A stretch of 63,928 nt of DNA, the filler included, from Licmophora abbreviata (Eukaryota), in NCBI GenBank assembly GCA_900291995.1. It is 11 parts of 11 records of this genome, joined end to end, with 100 filler letters (N's around TTAATTAATTAA, not from the genome) between each part and the next. Parts side by side here need not be neighbours in the genome. Positions count along the whole stretch, not along the records: positions 19,029 to 30,554 come from OLMU01000514.1; positions 30,655 to 42,160 come from OLMU01000516.1; 9 more parts are not named here. One strand, given 5' to 3'. Under the pieces are notes generated by a model. That model was not told where the DNA came from, did no database searches, and saw nothing but the letters and a program-made list of their open reading frames with translations. This document shows, one piece after another, positions 22,525-33,900 of this stretch (positions are counted from its first letter, which is position 1; each line of letters begins with the position of its first letter). The position numbers and the translations under genes were made by a program.

Positions 22525-25209
22525 ATGGGGTTAACAACCATGTCGAGACGTTCACTCCTTGTCGTACTGGCGCTAGTCACGCAGTGTAGCGGTAGAAGGC
22601 TGTCAGCAGCAGCAATTTTTCCAGGAATCGGTCCGCTTTTTGGTAAGAAGGCCGAGAATGAGACGCCAAGCGAGCGACCGCCTCCGCGTCGACCGCCCTC
22701 GAGCAATATGTATCCAAATAGAGAAGGTCGTCCTGTAGATCAGTTTGGCCGGGCGATACCTGGTTATTCACCGCAGCCTCGACCATTGGTAACGGAGATC
22801 CAACCACCGCCTCCTCCCCCTCCAAAGTCTGAGGACGGAGGAACAACATATAAGTCAGTGAGCCCGGAATCGATGCGGGAAAGTATGCCGAAGGAGGGAA
22901 GCATGGAGGAAACGGCATTAGGAGGGAAGCTACTAAGCGATGAAGGCGGTGGATCAATGATAGAATCGAGTCACCCTCCTCTTTGGGGACCCCATTCATA
23001 CGGCGGCCAGGGACCATTTGGTACGACGATACCGCCCCCGCCTCCACCAGGATGGTCGTCCAGTGCGGGTGGGGAAATGTGGCAGCCGCCAGCTTACAGT
23101 AGTGGATGGGCCATTCCGGAGCAGCAATACTACCATGCGGACCGCGCCGAAGTAGACGGACAGTTCGATGTCGGATACCTACAGCAGCAACTGCACGATT
23201 CAATAGCTCGCGAGGACGGCTTTCTCTTCCAGATACAAAATCTGACGGCCACTCTCTCTGCCATGGAACAGAGAGAAGAACTACACACACGACAACTTGA
23301 TGTTCTTACAGAACGAGTGATTGAGACGGAAGCAGAGCTATCGACCGAGAGAAACGCAGCCACGGAGTACAACGCCAACTGCACTGAGCTCGGGCGCTCA
23401 CTCGCGGTTATGCAGGACGAGCTTGAGGAATGGAAGTCTCGTTGTATGGACCTTACTGAGCAACATCAACGCGACGAGAATGTAATGGAAGAACTGAAAG
23501 ACATTGTAAAAGAACGAAGTGAAGAGGTAGAACAGCTCGCAATGAGCATCGAAAACAATCGATTGAATAGAGAGCGGGATCGCTACATGTCTGAGCGGGG
23601 CACAAAGAAAAGACGGGGATTGTTTGCGTGGCTATTTGGATTGGCGAAGGACGACAGCGACGATGACGAGGAACGTTTACAGGTGAGTTGACTAAGTGCA
23701 GTATTACTTCCTGAAGGAACTACTGTCAGCTGGTTGCTAATGTCGTGCTTCATGTCGTACCGGTACTTGGTTGGGATCCGAAGGAGCTTGCAAAATCGAC
23801 TTTGCTGCGTGCTCTACAAAGTGAGCGAAGCAACGTGGAGGAGCTTGAGACGGCCTTATCTACACTGCAACAAAATAATTCTGCGATTTCGGAGATGGTC
23901 GAGTCGCGAGATATGCTAATCGACGAACTGAATGGTCGTGTGGCTGTATTCGAGGAGGACAAAGTCGTTCTCAAAGCGGCGCTTCGACAGCTTCAAAAAG
24001 AAATGAAGGAAGAAGCACCAAAGACGCAGAAGCTAGCGAAAGATTTGAAACATGCGAAGCACGGTGAGTCATGTGTCGATTTGTGAACGAGAAGGACTGC
24101 GTCATAGTGCCACCGATGCGTGCTAACACGTATGCTCTGGATCTTCGGTTGCCACAGAGATCGACCGGCTCAATACGGAGATCCACTCGTTGATCGCTAC
24201 CCACCAAGACGAACTAGGATTCTTGCAGGCCACGATTTCCCAGAAACAGTCTGTAATCAACGCTACCGAGTCGAATCTGACTATGATCGGCACCTATGTG
24301 GACAAACTGGAGGAGAGGCTGGCTTCGTTCGCAATCGCAAGGCGTGAGATTGAATTGCGAGAACAGAGCTGCAAGGATATTGAAGTGCGAGCAGCTCAGG
24401 CTGAGCATGACTGCGACGAGATGAACGTCAAAGCCGCGGAGTACGCAAAAGAACACGATGAGCTCAAATCGCTTCTTGAAGAGTTGGTCCAGGAGCGTGG
24501 TGCTCTACGAGAAGAAAATGACGCTCTAACGAGAGAAAAGAATGAGTTGATCAATGGCGAAAGTCGTCTGAAAGGCACAATCGACTCTCTGGAACAAGAG
24601 TCTGCGGTCCTTGCCGACGTTCTTGGAGAATGGAAGTCAAAAGTGCAAGATCTCGAAAGCGATTTAGAAGAAGAGAGGGAAAAGAACCGCGAGGCGCAAA
24701 TCAAACTTGATGAGCTCGCCGCTGCACGACAGGATGATGAAGTTTCAGACGACACTGACTATACAGATGCTTTCTCCGAATTCTCTTCAGAAATGAAGGG
24801 CGAGATGCGAGCTCCTCAAGTGGAACCGCCTTCGCTGCCCGTGGAAGCCAGCGCCTCTACCACAGGTGAGGAACGCAGTATTGTGGGCACGCATGGGCAA
24901 GCAAAGGACCCTACGCACCTGCCTGGTGAAATCGCTGCAGTAAATGTGATGACTTCTCTCTCCGTTTTGCCGTCCGGAACCGGGTCGACGGCGATGGTCG
25001 ACGGGTCGGTACAGCTCGCACAGCAGCAGCAGCAGCTTCAACGCAGTGTCCCGTTTCGAAGCATTCGCAAGACATTCTCTCGGTACACTGGTATCCATGG
25101 ACTGATCACTCCGCCGTCACGACCAGGGTTGCCTCGCCGTGTACCCCCTGGTCTGCAACGATTTGTTCCACCCCAGACACGCGGGCCTTCTGTAAACGCA
25201 GAGAGGTAG
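22525..25209 (+). CDS. Signal-peptide-bearing, Pro-rich, long coiled-coil protein of unknown function
   Basis: SRRSLLVVLALVTQCSG signal peptide and E/K/L heptad-rich exons, joined by introns 23683-23783 and 24064-24157. Confidence 0.7.
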
Positions 25210-25431
25210 CAAACACACACACAATAGAACCGAGTGTAACAAATATTGTCGGACAGACTCTAACTGGTTTAATGCCGTAGGTAGCTAAACGCAATCACGC
25301 ACTTCATCGTACAATCAGCTTTGATGATCTGGCTTTAGATCTCTGCACCCCGGTACAAGCCAAGTCAAGCCTTATTTCTTGTGTCGCCTTGCCCATTGCG
25401 ACTTGCCTAGCCTTAGCCGACGTTGTGCGTC

Positions 25432-25928
25432 TTACATGGCGTATGCTCCGCCTAGACTCTTGCCTTGTGGACTGGCGGTTGGTAGCGTTCCTCCAGCTTG
25501 CTTGACTCTCTTGCACGCTTCACCCCTAGCTGCACCACTCTGTCCGTACTTGCATAGCGCCTCGTCCTTGGAGAGTTTTGGAATGCATTTCGGATCCTTC
25601 TTGGGATCACAGTTTTTGGTGTCACTTTCCAGCTAAGCAAGAGGCAACATCGAAAGAAGAGGGAAGGAAGTTGAGACACAAAAAACCAACCGTTGATGCA
25701 AACATTGGGGCGCAGAAACAGACTCACCTGTGAGTTGACAAAGGCATCCATATCCAGAGCCTTCGCATTCCCCGCGCCGACGGCCAGGACACCGAACGTA
25801 GCCGCAATTGATCCGAGCGCTTGTCGACGCCCCAAGGCGGGTTTGGAAGGAGCGCTATACCCAGAAACTTCAGCCATCATCGTCGCAGCGGCGATAAGGG
25901 CGAGGAGCATGAACGAAGACGTCTTCAT
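25432..25928 (-). CDS. Small putative thylakoid-lumen protein (Tat substrate, 4 Cys), 133 aa
   Basis: Signal peptide, twin-Arg GRRQAL, hydrophobic helix, AKA cleavage site. Intron 25633-25727 (GTGAGT..TAG) gives exon 2 LESDTKNCDPKKDPKCIPK..LCKYG..EACKRVK..GGAYAM*. Confidence 0.8.
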
Positions 25929-26281
25929 GATTCTCTGTATTTATAGATGGATGATCAAAGGAGAGCAGAGGGCAAGTTTGAAATGGGCAAGATAGTTGAC
26001 CGTGGCAGTTTGGCAACGGCCGATGCACTAATGACTTTGGGATGTGATGAGTCAACCCAATGATGACTCACTCAAAACAGTGATGATGGTGGCGCCGCCG
26101 TTGTGGGCTGGTGGGGAGGATGGTGGTTCGCATGTTGTGCGCTTTTGCGAGAAAAGTTTTGGCGCCAAAAATCAAAGTACGTCAGCCTTCATTGCGCCGT
26201 CCGTCATCCTTCGCGCTCACACGCATTGCTGCCGCGTCGCCACACTTTTAGCTTGCGATTGTTCCTATCCTGCGTTCCACC

Positions 26282-27405
26282 ATGGCTCCCTCTAGCCCCG
26301 TAACCGATCTGTTGCTTTTCGCCGCAACTGCCGCTGTCGCATTGACGCTGCAGAGGAGAGCCTCTGCCGCATCGACGGATGGAACGTGCAGCGCCAAGTC
26401 ACTCAAGAATTCAGCCTTTGTCTTTGTCAAGCCCCACGCCAACACGCTTGCCACGCAGACACTGGTCCGAGAGAAGCTTACCGAAGCTGGAATTGACATT
26501 CTCTCCGAGTCGGACATTTCCGGAGAAACGATTGACCAGAAGAAGTTGATTGACCAGCACTACTATGCCATTGCTTCCAAGGCTACCATCCTGCCCGCAG
26601 CGGAGATTCCCGTCCCCACCGACAAGTTTGAGCAGACCTTTGGCGAGTCCTGGGAGACGGTGCTGAAGAACAAACGTGCCTACAATGCCATGGAAGCCTG
26701 CAAGCATTTCAAGTGCGATGCTAGCCAGTTGGATGCGGCGTGGCAGAAGTCAAAGGTGGTCAAATTTGGAGGTGGCTTCTATTGCGGCCTTGTTTCCGTC
26801 AAGGGCAAGCCCAATGTTTACGTCTTCAACGCCTTCTTCATGTCGATGCGATCCAAGTTTGTTGGAAAAGGAACGAGTATTCACTGCTACGAAGTCGAGT
26901 GGGACTCTTCCAAATTGTCGTGGGATGCGTTCCGCAACTCTCTGCTCGGCCCTACTGACCCGGCAGAGGCACCTGTAGGAAGCATTCGACGCACGATTCT
27001 CGACACGTAAGTACTCACCACTACTATTCTCATACGCGCGAAGAAGTTTCTATTCCTATCCTCACCCTTGTTCGCAACGTGTCGTGTCGTAGATACCAAA
27101 AGCTCGGATTGGCAACCAAGCCCAACAAGGGCGACAACGGAGTGCACGCGAGCGCTTCTCCGTTTGAAGGGCTTGCCGAGAAAAATAACTGGCTTGGCAA
27201 GAAATTCGAAACCGATTCCTTCGGTAAGGCTCTCCTTGAGAGTGGCCTTTCTCTCGACACTCTGAAGGAATGGTCCGTCGATCCGCGTGTTCAGATGGCC
27301 GATGGAAGCAAGGGCAGTATTTTTGATGCCCTCGAGGACCTTGACGTGGAAGAGTGCCTGAAGAAGATGGTGGCTCTCAGCGAGCTGAACGCAAACTTGA
27401 TCTAG
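26282..27405 (+). CDS. NDK: Nucleoside diphosphate kinase-like protein with large internal insertion
   Basis: SAFVFVKPHA, DQHYY, LLGPTDPAEAPVGSIR, catalytic NGVHASAS..E. Intron 27007-27092. Confidence 0.8.
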
Positions 27406-27941
27406 GCGATCGCTCGAGTCGGCTCATAAAGCGGGATGATTGCGTATATTGAGTGCTACAGCCACAGACTAGAATAAAATCAAGCAAAAAACAAATACGC
27501 GCTGTACCGGTTCTTGACTTTATTCCATCCAAGCATGTGCTTCACAGAAGTCTTGATGAGCGTAGACAAGGCATGAGCTTGCTCTTGCAGTATTGGTGCC
27601 CTTGATGGGCGAGTTACACACATGGCGCGTGCAACCGGCGTCTGATTCTTGCTCTAGAACTATTACAGCACAAAGCACATGTTCACAAGGATAGCTACCG
27701 ACAACGCAAGCGTCGCGCTCTCTAACTAGAGCATCGTATCCGTTACACTCATATCTCATATAGGAGTGCGACAAAGAAGCTGAACTTCAATAGCAGGAAA
27801 AAGTTGGCGTCTAATACTTGGCTGTGTATAAGCTACGATGCAAACGAAGCTGTCTGGAAGATTCCAGCTATCTCGTTTGAAGTGCAATAACTTCTAATGG
27901 CCTCGAGAAACTCTACCTCCACAGTGTGACACCTTCTTCAG

Positions 27942-28916
27942 TCAACTACCTTCGTCATCTTGAGCCTCGAGGTCCCCGGAAGTGGTCTGGCTGTCATGTA
28001 GCGAACCCGACTCCTCGCATCCAGTAGACGCCGATCGACGCAGTAGGCGTTCTCTAAGAATTCGTTGCGAGAGTCGAAGTTTTCGAAGATGCAGTAGTGC
28101 TCCAACGATTAGCCAGCACCAGAAACACACGATCTGCAAGACCGTTCGACTACTGGAGTAACCGAACGGCTTCAGCACCGTCATCGGCAGTCGGTCTGTG
28201 CTCCAGAAATCACCTGATAGGGACCACACTTTGTACGTCTCTCCAAAGACTAATTCTAGATTGTGGGCTCCTCCAGTGAAGAGACCCGTCGACATCACAA
28301 GAAGAAGCGTCGACATGAATACAGCAAGCCATAGCTTGTTCTTTAGCATCCGATTGGCGTAGTAAATGCCCAATCCAACAATCAGCCCAACAGCTGAGCC
28401 AGCGACAGCACTGAGTGGGATGGCCTTGATCCCTTCACCTGTGAGAAAGAATGGGATAAGGAAGACGCCGCATTCTGCTACTTCCCGCCATATGTTCCAC
28501 GCGACGTTGAATGTTATAGACCGTAGAGTCAATCCACTGTCTGTCGCATCGGCATGCTCGTTCGACTTCTTACTGGCGTACACACCTAGCCACCTTGGAA
28601 GCTTGAGAGAGAGCTGTAAAATACATATGGCAGCAACAATCTTTGAGGCTCCTTCGATGGCCTTCGACGTCCTATCGTCAACATCGCGAGACAGGAGCCC
28701 GAGAGGAATCGCCACCGCCATTACGACCACCAACGCGCAGAGAGACGCCACAATTGTCGCGACCGCCACTGCGCGAAGTGCTCTTTTCTCACTCATGCCT
28801 TCTGGCCACTCCTCAGTCTTCATTATTATAGTCCTATATTCCCCAATGATGATGGAAGCCTCCATCATCTCCCTCGCGAAAATCGTCGTTACCGCAAAAT
28901 CGAAAAGATCTGACAT
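27942..28916 (-). CDS. FTR1: High-affinity iron permease, FTR1 family
   Basis: Two RExxE iron-binding motifs (REMME, REVAE) in a protein with about seven TM segments. Confidence 0.9.
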   Translation of the reverse strand: MSDLFDFAVTTIFAREMMEASIIIGEYRTIIMKTEEWPEGMSEKRALRAVAVATIVASLCALVVVMAVAIPLGLLSRDVDDRTSKAIEGASKIVAAICILQLSLKLPRWLGVYASKKSNEHADATDSGLTLRSITFNVAWNIWREVAECGVFLIPFFLTGEGIKAIPLSAVAGSAVGLIVGLGIYYANRMLKNKLWLAVFMSTLLLVMSTGLFTGGAHNLELVFGETYKVWSLSGDFWSTDRLPMTVLKPFGYSSSRTVLQIVCFWCWLIVGALLHLRKLRLSQRILRERLLRRSASTGCEESGSLHDSQTTSGDLEAQDDEGS

Positions 28917-29150
28917 GTCCTCTCCGTATTAGCGTTCACTGTAGTATGATCTGGTTCTATTCCTTTTCACGTGCACTCTGTTATTGCATATTGCCAGCAC
29001 TGTCGTCGGATCCTGTGTGTGCTTCACCCCTGTTCGTTCTTGAGAATGTGTTGTCTATAGAGCTATCGAGTTGTACGAGTGCGTGCACGTCTCGTGTTGT
29101 ACAATAAGTGTGGGCGTTTTGTTCCAAAAAAAAATATACGCTTCGAAGTG

Positions 29151-29158
29151 ACACGTGC
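29151..29158. promoter_or_regulatory. Candidate diatom low-iron response element ACACGTGC
   Basis: Exact ACACGTGC about 235 nt upstream of the FTR1 ATG; a second CACGTGC at 28968-28974. Confidence 0.55.
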
Positions 29159-29981
29159 TGTGGTCATTTACTACGCGTACTCGTATACCTACAACCAGAC
29201 CTTGCCCACCTTGCCGGCGCGAATACATTTGGCAGTGCTGCATACGAGTTTATCCTCACACGCTCTCGACTGACTCGACTCTGACTGACTCGACGCATGT
29301 CTCATTCGAAGGCGTCCTCGATTGCAATAAGAATTGATCGTTATACTACTGTATCTCTTTTCGAGGTTTGACGGTTTGCTAATTCGTACGTATGCTCTTA
29401 CGGTGACGCGAAGCTCTATCAACCAATGCTCATGACGATGTTTGCCCAAAATATGACATAGTACCCATGCCGTGTGGTAGAAGGAGGCTAGCTCAAGCTG
29501 TGATAGTAGATTTAAAGTTAACCGCCGGCACATAACCTACATTTGAAGAGAACGTCTCATGTGTATGCGATCGAGCTTATGCACCGTATCAAAACTGCAA
29601 ATGTTGTCATTGGCTTTTGGAGTGAAGTAACAGTTACACGAAATGAATTAACCCTCATTCGTAACACATGCTACCCATAGAAAGAGCTTGTGAGCAAGAG
29701 GGGCATGAGTTTTAAGGGGGGTATTGTCTGTCGACGATGGACCAGCCCGAGCACATCAACACCTTGACTTGCACCATGGGCCCTAATATCGTCATCTACA
29801 TTGGAATAATCGAGCTAGTAGAAATAGGTTGGCCGATGAAAGTCGTAGGAGGGTGGAGGAGGGCCCGGGGGCCATGGAATATGGGGTCTGTGAGGACTAG
29901 CCAAACACCGCAAGCAGGAAAAGAGTTAGAGAAACGAATGTCTTCTCAATCCCGTCAACCAAGCAGTCGTTTTCGTATCAC

Positions 29982-30554
29982 TTACGGTAGTGGACAGTAG
30001 TTCGAATAGTTATCAACTCTCTGTTGCGGATACGACGCTGCGTAAGGTCGTGGCTGTGGCATTGCAGGCGGGGCTCCCTCCGCTACAGCATAGCCCGTCG
30101 GCAGTGCTGCCAGATATTGAGATGCTTCCTCCGGCGTTGCCATAAAGAGACAATAGTTAACAACAAAGTGACGTCCAACCCCATCCCGATCCGGAACCAC
30201 GATGCCAGTGCCAGGTGCGAGCATTGATATGTCGGGAGGGAGTTCGGTGGGTGAAGGATTGACAGTAGTATACGGGAGATGAGGAAGAAAGTGCGCGTGC
30301 GCATCGTCAGCAGGATGTGAAAATCCGTCTTGTCTAGTGGTAGAAGAAGTTGAGCGATGCGGCGACGTTGACCCTGCGTTGTCCGGCACCATTGGAGGGA
30401 GCTTTGAATCGTCCATTTTGACCTTCTTCCTTCTCTGGTGCTCTTTTTCAAACTCTTCCATTTCCCGGCGATACCTTTCGACATCAAGAGCTGCTAGATT
30501 CTTGTATACACGACGAGCATCAAAACTGAGATTGTTCCACTTGGCCCCAATGTG
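29982..30554 (-). CDS. HMG-box protein, 5' end truncated by gap
   Basis: Reading in frame from the gap gives HIGAKWNNLSFDARRVYKNLAALDVERYRREMEEFEK, matching HMG-box helices 2-3. Confidence 0.8.
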   Translation of the reverse strand, partial: HIGAKWNNLSFDARRVYKNLAALDVERYRREMEEFEKEHQRRKKVKMDDSKLPPMVPDNAGSTSPHRSTSSTTRQDGFSHPADDAHAHFLPHLPYTTVNPSPTELPPDISMLAPGTGIVVPDRDGVGRHFVVNYCLFMATPEEASQYLAALPTGYAVAEGAPPAMPQPRPYAASYPQQRVDNYSNYCPLP

Positions 30555-30988
30555 NNNNNNNNNNNNNNNNNNNNNNNNNNNNNNNNNNNNNNNNNNNNTT
30601 AATTAATTAANNNNNNNNNNNNNNNNNNNNNNNNNNNNNNNNNNNNNNNNNNNNATGATGAGAAGAAAGCACAACAACAGTTTATCAAAGTTCCATGTTC
30701 CATGCTCGAAAGTGACACGTCACAGAAAACAAGGAGCGCACGACACAAACGTCACAAAGTTTACGACGTACTGACTGGAACTCTCAGGAACACAGAGCTT
30801 CAACTGCCGGAAGCGCGCGACCACACCAACGCAGCCATCTCGTCGGACACTTTTTGCCTTTTGCGTCATTGATGCATGATTTGACTTCAGTATCTGGGAC
30901 AACAACAATTCGTTCATTATTGTCTACGGTGGCATCCAGTGGCGCCAATTCTCAAATTCAGCACATTGTTCGCTAGTTTCAGATCACG

Positions 30989-33900
30989 ATGAGCTCCCCA
31001 GCGACTGATCGCTCCGTCGCCTCGGAAGATGTTTCGAAAAAGAAGAAGAAGAAGAAGGATGTCGAGCCCATGGCTAGTATAAGCGAAGTCTTGTCCTTTG
31101 TCTTTGGCTGTGGCCGTGGAACCACCTTTGTCTTCTTCCTCGGATGTTTAGCAGGTATCGGAAACGGAACAGTCTATCCGATCCTGGCCTACCTGTTCTC
31201 CTCTTCATTCTCGAGTATCTCGGGAGCCAGCAATGGACTAGAAGAAGTCCGCGAAATCGCTTTCACTTTCATGATCGTAGGAACATATGCGCTCGTTTGT
31301 GCCACGTTCCAAACAGGATGTCTCGAGATATCGGCAAATCGTGCCACTCGATCCTTTCGTCGCCAGTGGTTCAGTGCATTGCTTCGTCAGGACGCGGCCT
31401 TCTTTGACGTCTACGACATTGCCGGCGTGGCCAACACCATCGGTCCGAGCTCCACCAAGTATCGCCGTGGTATGGGACGCAAATTTGGGGAAGGAATCCA
31501 ATTTTTGACTACCTTCCTTGGGGGTGTCGGGTATGCCTTTTACTCCAGCTGGCGTATCGCTCTCGTTATTGTCGGTGTCATGCCCTTCGTCTCGCTCACC
31601 GCCCTGGCCACCTTGACTCTGAATCAGAAGAAGAGCTCCAACGCTGCGATTGGTTACCGCAAAGCGGGTAGCATCGCCTACAGTACAGTTTCCGCCATTC
31701 GCACCGTTCTTTCTCTGAATGCCATCCCAGAAATGATTCGTCAGTATGCTGACGCTACCCTTCAGGCCTATCAGGACTCGATTGGCATCCTAATCAAGAT
31801 GGGCGCAGCTAACGGGGGAATGCTCGGAAGCTTCCTTTGTCTTTATTGCATTCTTGCCATGTTTGGTACCTTCCTCATTTACCGTGACGTGGAAGACTCT
31901 GGTTGCGATCCCTCCGGATCCGTGGATGGAAACGACACTTGCCCAGAAAGTGCATCGGACGTGTTTGGTGCCATGCTGGGCGTTGCTTTTGCCGCGCAGG
32001 GCCTTTCGCAAGTCTCCAACTTTTTCGAAACCTTTACCGGGGCACGCGTTGCCTGTCATACCGCGCTCGCTGCTATGCAGCGCACAGTTGGAGCCGCTCA
32101 AGTCATTGTCTATGCCGACGATAAAGAAGATCTTGGTAGCACCAAGCACGGCACGGATGATGAAGCATCGGAGATGGAGCTTGGTGAAGAAGGGCGACGA
32201 GTTAAGGCAATTCTCCCCGAGTACAAGATCGACTCGTCTTCTTCCGAGGGAATGAAGCCAGACAACATCACGGGTACTATCAATTTCAAGGACGTAAGCT
32301 TCGTCTACCCTACTCGACCAGGAAACCCGGTTCTGACGGGACTTGATCTTGAAATCGAAGCAGGAAAGACGGTAGCGATCGTCGGCCCAAGGTGAGCTGG
32401 TAACTGGAGACTTTTGCTGGTAGTAATCAGATATGGAATCACAGATGTGACTAACGTACCTCTTTGTGGCTCGCCTTTTCTACACACAGCGGAGGAGGAA
32501 AGAGCACAACTGTAGCTCTCATCGAACGATTCTACGATCCCACATCCGGCGCCGTCGAACTGGATGGAACAGACATTCGAGATATCAATGTTCACCACCT
32601 CCGTTCCCTTATCGGGTACGTCGGACAGGAACCGACCCTGTTTGCTACGACGATTGCCGGAAACATCAAGTACGGCAACCCTGACGCGACGCAGGAGCAG
32701 ATCGAAGCGGCTGCGAAAATGGCTAATGCCCACGATTTCGTGAGCAGCTTTCCAGACGGATACTCGACTCAGGTTGGCGACAAGGGAGCCCAGCTTTCCG
32801 GAGGACAAAAACAAAGAATTGCTATTGCTGTAAGTTGTTTTGTTGTGACGTCCTCTCGAAAGTACATCATACTCTTCTCACGCGTCGCCGATCTCCGTTT
32901 GCTGTTCTTAGCGGGTGCTTGTTTCGAACCCCAAGATTCTCTTGTTGGACGAAGCAACCTCAGGTATGCGAAGTGACGATCGGGTTAATCTTGACGGCTT
33001 CACAAGGGACTAACTGTTTGTTTCCTCGTGCATCCTCCCATCCAGCTTTGGACTCGGAATCTGAGATCGTTGTGCAAGATGCGCTTGACAACGTCGTCGC
33101 GGAACACAAGAGGACCACCATCGTGATCGCGCACCGCCTGTCTACGATTCGCAACGCTGATGTCATTGCTGTGATCAGCGGTGGTACCGTTGTCGAGAAA
33201 GGAACCCACGAGGAGCTTATGGAGGCCGCAAGCGGTCACTACAGGGCCCTTGTCGAGAAGCAGGATAGAGACCCAGACGGCTCCTCCCCTAGCATGTCTC
33301 GTGAGACTAGCAGCAGTGATCTGAATAAACGAGGCTCGGTTGTAACTGGCAAGGATTTCATGTCGAAGAGCGGCAATGAGACTCCGCACTTTCACTTCAA
33401 GGACGTCACGTTTGCATACCCGACTCGCCCGAAGAAAGCTGTGTTGGACGGATTTAATCTTGCAGTTCTGCCTGGGGAAACTGTGGCGCTGGTCGGCCCA
33501 TCTGGTGGAGGTGCGTACTGTTCCAATCGAAGACATGTGTGTGCCTGATCGACTTGTCAGTTCTAACTCATTTTCTGCTCGTCGTTAACTCAGGCAAATC
33601 GACAATCGTTGCCCTCATCGAACGGTTCTACAACCCGACGGCGGGAGCGATCGAGTACAAGGGAACTGACCTCCAGGCACTGAACGTCAGGTGGTACCGA
33701 GATCAGATTGGTAAGTATGGCATGACTTTTGAATAGGTTCTCGATCTACCGCTGCGACTGTCGTTGCTGACTCTAGGCTCAAATTCTGGCCATACCCACT
33801 TCAGGTTATGTTGGACAGGAGCCAACGCTGTTCAACACGACGATCGCGAAGAATATCGCATACGGTGCCCCGGACGCAACTTTTGATGAAATAAAAACAG

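Noticed and set aside
16923..29500. Shared 11-mer GCTAGCTCAAG at about 16923 and 29487 as a transposon remnant
   Set aside because: Too short, with no terminal repeats, target-site duplication or transposase. I found no mobile element or CRISPR array in the window.
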